A stretch of DNA of 64,000 bases from Raja brachyura (Eukaryota), in the NCBI GenBank assembly GCA_963514005.1, contig OY740810.1:14508001-14572000 (forward strand), written 5' to 3'. This document shows positions 54,001-63,000 of the stretch, piece after piece. The stretch's first letter is position 1. Every line of letters starts with the position of its first letter. The notes below the pieces were generated by a model. It searched no databases and had not been told where the DNA came from. It was given only the letters and a program-made list of their open reading frames with translations. Both the position numbers and the translations under genes were made by a program.

Positions 54001-57000
54001 TGTATCACTGAAGTTAGGATTTACTTCTGATCAAATTTATTGGATTCGAGTGAACATTCAGAAAATGTCATAATCTATCAATTTCCCCTATTTAATGTAC
54101 ACATTTCGCCAGATACATAATTATTCTTTTAATCTTTCAGGTTACAATGAACCATCACCTTCAACAAGTGAGTACTGTTTTGAATTTGATATTTCACTAA
54201 AATATCCTTTTGTTGCAGTGGATAACAACAGTGAATATATTTACCAAACGTTCAATAAATATTGTCAGATGTTGTCTCCCTATTAGTGATGTTACACAGC
54301 AGGTGTATGACAATCGAAAGTGGATGAGATGTGACTATCCTATCATCATCAATGTTTTCATCTCCACTGCTGGCCATACATTCCATTAGGCTCCACCCAA
54401 AATACCAATGTACCAATCTTTGCTTCATTGGAAATGATAATCATAGATCGTTAGTGCCATGATGGATACAGCACCGAAATTGGCTCTTTGGATCGTAGAT
54501 TCTGTGGCAATGGCAATCTACCCCTTTATTCTAATCCTATATTAATCACATTTTTTATTCTCCCTTCATCAAAAGTAATTCACATTATTCCCTTCATCAT
54601 GTATTTGTACACTGTGGATGGCATGATTGTAATCATGTATAGCATTTCCACTAACTGGTTAGCATGCAACAAAAGCTTTTCACTTTACCTCGGTACACAT
54701 GACAAAGAACTAAACTCCAACGCAAACTCAAACATCCTCCTCAACTGCAGCAAGGTCCTACCATTGACCTACTTATTTGGGTCATTTTACAGTGGCCACA
54801 GAGCTTAGACCTATACATTATTCATCTCTGTGTAACACTCTTTCCTTCTTTACACCAAGTGTTAACAATAATTCAACAAAAAGCTTTTTTTATAATTGAT
54901 TGTTTAATAATTTTGCACAATTTCTTAACAGCAATATCACCAACACAGACCACAACTCCAAATTTGCAAACAAATCCCCTTGATTTTAACGTGACCTTCG
55001 TTGCAACTAACTTGACCTCAGCAGCAGATTTACAAGATCCCAATTCAGCATTGTTCAACTCGACAGCAAGTGTTATTGTTTTGCAGGTCAGTTGACAAAT
55101 TACTGATTGATTTAATCAATTCATTACTCATGGTTCAGACAGTCTAATACTCTAACCATTGCCTTTTTACAGCTGAACCAACTGTTTCGCAGCAGTAATG
55201 TTAACAAAACCTTCTCCAGCTGCAGAGTTCTCTCATTCAGGTAAGGAAAACTAAGATTCATCCGGGTCAGTATTTGCATCAACACCACGTGCGACCTCAG
55301 AAAGGCACATGTTACTGCAAATGCATCAACATTTCCGAAATGGTAACTCTAGAAAAATGGCAAGCTCATATATAGACATGTTTTTCTCAAAGATAATTCC
55401 CAAACCAATATTTGTGGATTTCTAAGGAGTTTCACAACGTCCATGGTGGTGCATCCCAAGTCCTTCATGTGCCATGGACACAATGATGTGTAGGTTCATG
55501 GACATGCAGTGGTGCACCAGAAAATCAGGTGGTGACTTTCAGATTCTAGACAACTCCCGCATCATGCAGATATTGTGGTTGATTCATGTAAATGTTGCCA
55601 CCGAGTGCTTGCAAGGTCTGATTTAGCATTGGTTTGAGAGGAAACAGATCCAGGCCATGGATTGCAGTGGTGAAAGCCCATCTCTGATGGGCTCTGATGT
55701 ACTGTTGATTCCCAATATCATGGCTCATCCCATTCCCAATGTATTAATTTGTGTACTAAAATAATACCTCAGGAATCAATAATTGCACAGAAATAGTCTA
55801 CAGAGGAAATATTTAATTTATTTTGCAAATTGAATGCCATATCCCCGTCTAGAATTATTCTGGCAAATGACATACATATTACGTGCTTGAGTATATAAAT
55901 ATACTATTCCCCAACGTTTCAATCAATGGTTTCTATTCCCAAACTGTCTGACATATTAAGTCAAGCAGATTTACTCAATTACCTCTGCATCTATTCCACA
56001 GCCCCTCAGCTGTACAAGGCACCAGAGTGCATGCAAACTGCACCTTCACAAATGACTCTGATCCCCAGGATGTTAACAGGGTTAGATTGTACCGTGTGTT
56101 CAGAGACCTGTCTGAAGGCATCACCACTCTAGGACCATATTCTCTGGATAGTAACAGCCTCTACGTGAACGGTATGTATCACTGAAGTTAGGATTTACTT
56201 CTGATCAAATTTATTGGATTCGAGTGAACATTCAGAAAATGTCATAATCTATCAATTTCCCCTATTTAATGTACACATTTCGCCAGATACATAATTATTC
56301 TTTTAATCTTTCAGGTTACAATGAACCATCACCTTCAACAAGTGAGTACTGTTTTGAATTTGATATTTCACTAAAATATCCTTTTGTTGCAGTGGATAAC
56401 AACAGTGAATATATTTACCAAACGTTCAATAAATATTGTCAGATGTTGTCTCCCTATTAGTGATGTTACACAGCAGGTGTATGACAATCGAAAGTGGATG
56501 AGATGTGACTATCCTATCATCATCAATGTTTTCATCTCCACTGCTGGCCATACATTCCATTAGGCTCCACCCAAAATACCAATGTACCAATCTTTGCTTC
56601 ATTGGAAATGATAATCATAGACCGTTAGTGCCATGATGGATACAGCACCGAAATTGGCTCTTTGGATCGTAGATTCTGTGGCAATGGCAATCTACCCCTT
56701 TATTCTAATCCTATATTAATCACATTTTTTATTCTCCCTTCATCAAAAGTAATTCACATTATTCCCTTCATCATGTATTTGTACACTGTGGATGGCATGA
56801 TTGTAATCATGTATAGCATTTCCACTAAATGGTTAGCATGCAACAAAAGCTTTTCACTTTACCTCGGTACACATGACAAAGAACTAAACTCCAACGCAAA
56901 CTCAAACATCCTCTTCAACTGCAGGAAGGTCCTACCATTGACCTACTTATTTGGGTCATTTTACAGTGGCCATAGAGCTTAGACCTATACATTATTCATC

Positions 57001-60000
57001 TCTGTGTAACACTCTTTCCTTCTTTACACCAAGTGTTAACAATAATTCAACAAAAAGCTTTTTTTATAATTGATTGTTTAATAATTTTGCACAATTTCTT
57101 AACAGCAATATCACCAACACAGACCACAACTCCAAATTTGCAAACAAATCCCCTTGATTTTAACGTGACCTTCGTTGCAACTAACTTGACCTCAGCAGCA
57201 GATTTACAAGATCCCAATTCAGCATTGTTCAACTCGACAGCAAGTGTTATTGTTTTGCAGGTCAGTTGACAAATTACTGATTGATTTAATCAATTCATTA
57301 CTCATGGTTCAGACAGTCTAATACTCTAACCATTGCCTTTTTACAGCTGAACCAACTGTTTCGCAGCAGTAATGTTAACAAAACCTTCTCCAGCTGCAGA
57401 GTTCTCTCATTCAGGTAAGGAAAACTAAGATTCATCCGGGTCAGTATTTGCATCAACACCACGTGCGACCTCAGAAAGGCACATGTTACTGCAAATGCAT
57501 CAACATTTCCGAAATGGTAACTCTAGAAAAATGGCAAGCTCATATTTAGACATGTTTTTCTCAAAGATAATTCCCAAACCAATATTTGTGGATTTCTAAG
57601 GAGTTTCACAACGTCCATGGTGGTGCATCCCAAGTCCTTCATGTGCCATGGACACAATGATGTGTAGGTTCATGGACATGCAGTGGTGCACCAGAAAATC
57701 AGGTGGTGACTTTCAGATTCTAGACAACTCCCGCATCATGCAGATATTGTGGTTGATTCATGTAAATGTTGCCACCGAGTGCTTGCAAGGTCTGATTTAG
57801 CATTGGTTTGAGAGGAAACAGATCCAGGCCATGGATTGCAGTGGTGAAAGCCCATCTCTGATGGGCTCTGATGTACTGTTGATTCCCAATATCATGGCTC
57901 ATCCCATTCCCAATGTATTAATTTGTGTACTAAAATAATACCTCAGGAATCAATAATTGCACAGAAATAGTCTACAGAGGAAATATTTAATTTATTTTGC
58001 AAATTGAATGCCATATCCCCGTCTAGAATTATTCTGGCAAATGACATACATATTACGTGCTTGAGTATATAAATATACTATTCCCCAACGTTTCAATCAA
58101 TGGTTTCTATTCCCAAACTGTCTGACATATTAAGTCAAGCAGATTTACTCAATTACCTCTGCATCTATTCCACAGCCCCTCAGCTGTACAAGGCACCAGA
58201 GTGCATGCAAACTGCACCTTCACAAATGACTCTGATCCCCAGGATGTTAACAGGGTTAGATTGTACCGTGTGTTCAGAGACCTGTCTGAAGGCATCACCA
58301 CTCTAGGACCATATTCTCTGGATAGTAACAGCCTCTACGTGAACGGTATGTATCACTGAAGTTAGGATTTACTTCTGATCAAATTTATTGGATTCGAGTG
58401 AACATTCAGAAAATGTCATAATCTATCAATTTCCCCTATTTAATGTACACATTTCGCCAGATACATAATTATTCTTTTAATCTTTCAGGTTACAATGAAC
58501 CATCACCTTCAACAAGTGAGTACTGTTTTGAATTTGATATTTCACTAAAATATCCTTTTGTTGCAGTGGATAACAACAGTGAATATATTTACCAAACGTT
58601 CAATAAATATTGTCAGATGTTGTCTCCCTATTAGTGATGTTACACAGCAGGTGTATGACAATCGAAAGTGGATGAGATGTGACTATCCTATCATCATCAA
58701 TGTTTTCATCTCCACTGCTGGCCATACATTCCATTAGGCTCCACCCAAAATACCAATGTACCAATCTTTGCTTCATTGGAAATGATAATCATAGACCGTT
58801 AGTGCCATGATGGATACAGCACCGAAATTGGCTCTTTGGATCGTAGATTCTGTGGCAATGGCAATCTACCCCTTTATTCTAATCCTATATTAATCACATT
58901 TTTTATTCTCCCTTCATCAAAAGTAATTCACATTATTCCCTTCATCATGTATTTGTACACTGTGGATGGCATGATTGTAATCATGTATAGCATTTCCACT
59001 AACTGGTTAGCATGCAACAAAAGCTTTTCACTTTACCTCGGTCCCCTTGACAAAGAACTAAACTCCAACGCAAACTCAAACATCCTCCTCAACTGCAGCA
59101 AGGTCCTACCATTGACCTACTTATTTGGGTCATTTTACAGTGGCCATAGAGCTTAGACCTATACATTATTCATCTCTGTGTAACACTCTTTCCTTCTTTA
59201 CACCAAGTGTTAACAATAATTCAACAAAAAGCTTTTTTTATAATTGATTGCTTAATAATTTTGCACAATTTCTTAACAGCAATATCACCAACACAGACCA
59301 CAACTCCAAATTTGCAACCAAATCCCCTTGATTTTAACGTGACCTTCGTTGCAACTAACTTGACCTCAGCAGCAGATTTACAAGATCCCAATTCAGCATT
59401 GTTCAACTCGACAGCAAGTGTTATTGTTTTGCAGGTCAGTTGACAAATTACTGATTGATTTAATCAATTCATTACTCATGGTTCAGACAGTCTAATACTC
59501 TAACCATTGCCTTTTTACAGCTGAACCAACTGTTTCGCAGCAGTAATGTTAACAAAACCTTCTCCAGCTGCAGAGTTCTCTCATTCAGGTAAGGAAAACT
59601 AAGATTCATCCGGGTCAGTATTTGCATCAACACCACGTGCGACCTCAGAAAGGCACATGTTACTGCAAATGCATCAACATTTCCGAAATGGTAACTCTGA
59701 TAGAAAAATGGCAAGCTCATATTTAGACATGTTTTTCTCAAAGATAATTCCCAAACCAATATTTGTGGATTTCTAAGGAGTTTCACAACGTCCATGGTGG
59801 TGCATCCCAAGCCCTTCATGTGCCATGGACACAATGATGTGTAGGTTCATGGACATGCAGTGGTGCACCAGAAAATCAGGTGGTGACTTTCAGATTCTAG
59901 ACAACTCCCGCATCATGCAGATATTGTGGTTGACTCATGTAAATGTTGCCACCGAGTGCTTGCAAGGTCTGATTTAGCATTGGTTTGAGAGGAAACAGAT

Positions 60001-63000
60001 CCAGGCCATGGATTGCAGTGGTGAAAGCCCATCTCTGATGGGCTCTGATGTACTGTTGATTCCCAATATCATGGCTCATCCCATTCCCAATGTATTAATT
60101 TGTGTACTAAAATAATACCTCAGGAATCAATAATTGCACAGAAATAGTCTACAGAGGAAATATTTAATTTATTTTGCAAATTGAATGCCATATCCCCGTC
60201 TAGAATTATTCTGGCAAATGACATACATGTTACGTGCTTGAGTATATAAATATACTATTCCCCAACGTTTCAATCAATGGTTTCTATTCCCAAACTGTCT
60301 GACATATTAAGTCAAGCAGATTTACTCAATTACCTCTGCATCTATTCCACAGCCCCTCAGCTGTACAAGGCACCAGAGTGCATGCAAACTGCACCTTCAC
60401 AAATGACTCTGATACCCAGGATGTTAACAGGGTTAGATTGTACCGTGTGTTCAGAGACCTGTCTGAAGGCATCACCACTCTAGGACCATATTCTCTGGAT
60501 AGTAACAGCCTCTACGTGAACGGTATGTATCACTGAAGTTAGGATTTACTTCTGATCAAATTTATTGGATTCGAGTGAACATTCAGAAAATGTCATAATC
60601 TATCAATTTCCCCTATTTAATGTACACATTTCGCCAGATACATAATTATTCTTTTAATCTTTCAGGTTACAATGAACCATCACCTTCAACAAGTGAGTAC
60701 TGTTTTGAATTTGATATTTCACTAAAATATCCTTTTGTTGCAGTGGATAACAACAGTGAATATATTTACCAAACGTTCAATAAATATTGTCAGATGTGGT
60801 CTCCCCATTAGTGATGTTAACGCAGCAGGTGTATAACAATGGAAAGTGGATGAGATGTGACCATCCTATCATCATCAATGTTTTCATCTCCACTGCTGGC
60901 CATACATTCCATCAGGCTCCACCCAAAATACCAATGTACCAATCTTTGCTTCATTGGAAATGATAATCATAGACCGTTAGTGCCATCATGGATACAGCAC
61001 CGAAATTGGCTCTTTGGATCGTAGATTCTGTGGCAATGGCAATCTACCCCTTTATTCTAATCCTATATTAATCACATTTTTTATTCTCCCTTCATCAAAA
61101 GTAATTCACATTATTCCCTTCATCATGCATTTATACACTGTGGATGGCATGATTGTAATCATGTATAGCGTTTCCACTAACTGGTTAGTATGCAACAAAA
61201 GCTTTTCACTTTACCTCGGTACACATGACAAAGAACTAAACTCCAACGCAAACTCAAACATCCTCTTCAACTGCAGCAAGGTCCTACCATTGACCTACTT
61301 ATTTGGGTCATTTTACAGTGGCCACAGAGCTCAGACCTATACATTATTCATCTGTGTGTAACAATCTTGCCCTTCTTTACACCAAGTGTTAACAATAATT
61401 CAACAAAAAACTTTTTTTAAATTGATTGTTTAATAATTTTGCACAATTTCTTAACAGCAATATCACCAACACAGACCACAACTCCAAATTTGCAAACAAA
61501 TCCCCTTGATTTTAACGTGACCTTCGTTGCAACTAACTTGACCACAGCAGCAGATTTACAAGATCCCAATTCAGCATTGTTCAAATCGACAGCAAGTGTT
61601 ATTGTTTTGCAGGTCAGTTGACAAATTACTGATTGATTTAATCAATTCATTACTCATGGTTCAGACAGTCTAATACTCTAACCATTGCCTTTTTACAGCT
61701 GAACCAACTGTTTCGCAGCAGTAATGTTAACAAAACCTTCTCCAGCTGCAGAGTTCTCTCATTCAGGTAAGGAAAACTAAGATTCATCCGGGTCAGTATT
61801 TGCATCAACACCACGTACAACCTCAGAAAGGCACATGTTACTGCAAATGCATCAATATTTCCTAAATGGTAACTCTGATAGAAAAATGGCAAGCTCATAT
61901 TTAGACATGTTTTTCTCAAAGATAATTCCCAAACCAATATTTGTGGATTTCTAAGGAGTTTCACAACGTCCATGGTGGTGCATCCCAAGCCCTTCATGTG
62001 CCATGGACACAATGATGTGTAGGTTCATGGACATGCAGTGGTGCACCAGAAAATCAGGTGGTGACTTTCAGATTCTAGACAACTCCCGCATCATGCAGAT
62101 ATTGTGGTTGACTCATGTAAATGTTGCCACCGAGTGCTTGCAAGGTCTGATTTAGCATTGGTTTGAGAGGAAACAGATCCAGGCCATGGATTGCAGTGGT
62201 GAAAGCCCATCTCTGATGGGCTCTGATGTACTGTTGATTCCCAATATCATGCCTCATCCCATTCCCAATGTATTAATTTGTGTACTAAAATAATACCTCA
62301 GGAATCAATAATTGCACAGAAATAGTCTACAGAGGAAATATTTAATTTATTTTGCAAATTGAATGCCATATCCCCGTCTAGAATTATTCTGGCAAATGAC
62401 ATACATATTACGTGCTTGAGTATATAAATATACTATTCCCCAACGTTTCAATCAATGGTTTCTATTCCCAAACTGTCTGACATATTAAGTCAAGCAGATT
62501 TACTCAATTACCTCTGCATCTATTCCACAGCCCCTCAGCTGTACAAGGCACCAGAGTGCATGCAAACTGCACCTTCACAAATGACTCTGATCCCCAGGAT
62601 GTTAACAGGGTTAGATTGTACCGTGTGTTCAGAGACCTGTCTGAAGGCATCACCACTCTAGGACCATATTCTCTGGATAGTAACAGCCTCTACGTGAACG
62701 GTATGTATCACTGAAGTTAGGATTTACTTCTGATCAAATTTATTGGATTCGAGTGAACATTCAGAAAATGTCATAATCTATCAATTTCCCCTATTTAATG
62801 TACACATTTCGCCAGATACATAATTATTCTTTTAATCTTTCAGGTTACAATGAACCATCACCTTCAACAAGTGAGTACTGTTTTGAATTTGATATTTCAC
62901 TAAAATATCCTTTTGTTGCAGTGGATAACAACAGTGAATATATTTACCAAACGTTCAATAAATATTGTCAGATGTTGTCTCCCTATTAGTGATGTTACAC

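Noticed and set aside
16771-62661. 68-aa ORF MVSIPKLSDILSQ… conserved in all 22 units
   Set aside because: It overlaps exon C in the wrong frame and starts in the intron. The SEA-like frame (PSAVQGTRVHANC…) is the homologous one, and conservation is explained by array homogeneity.
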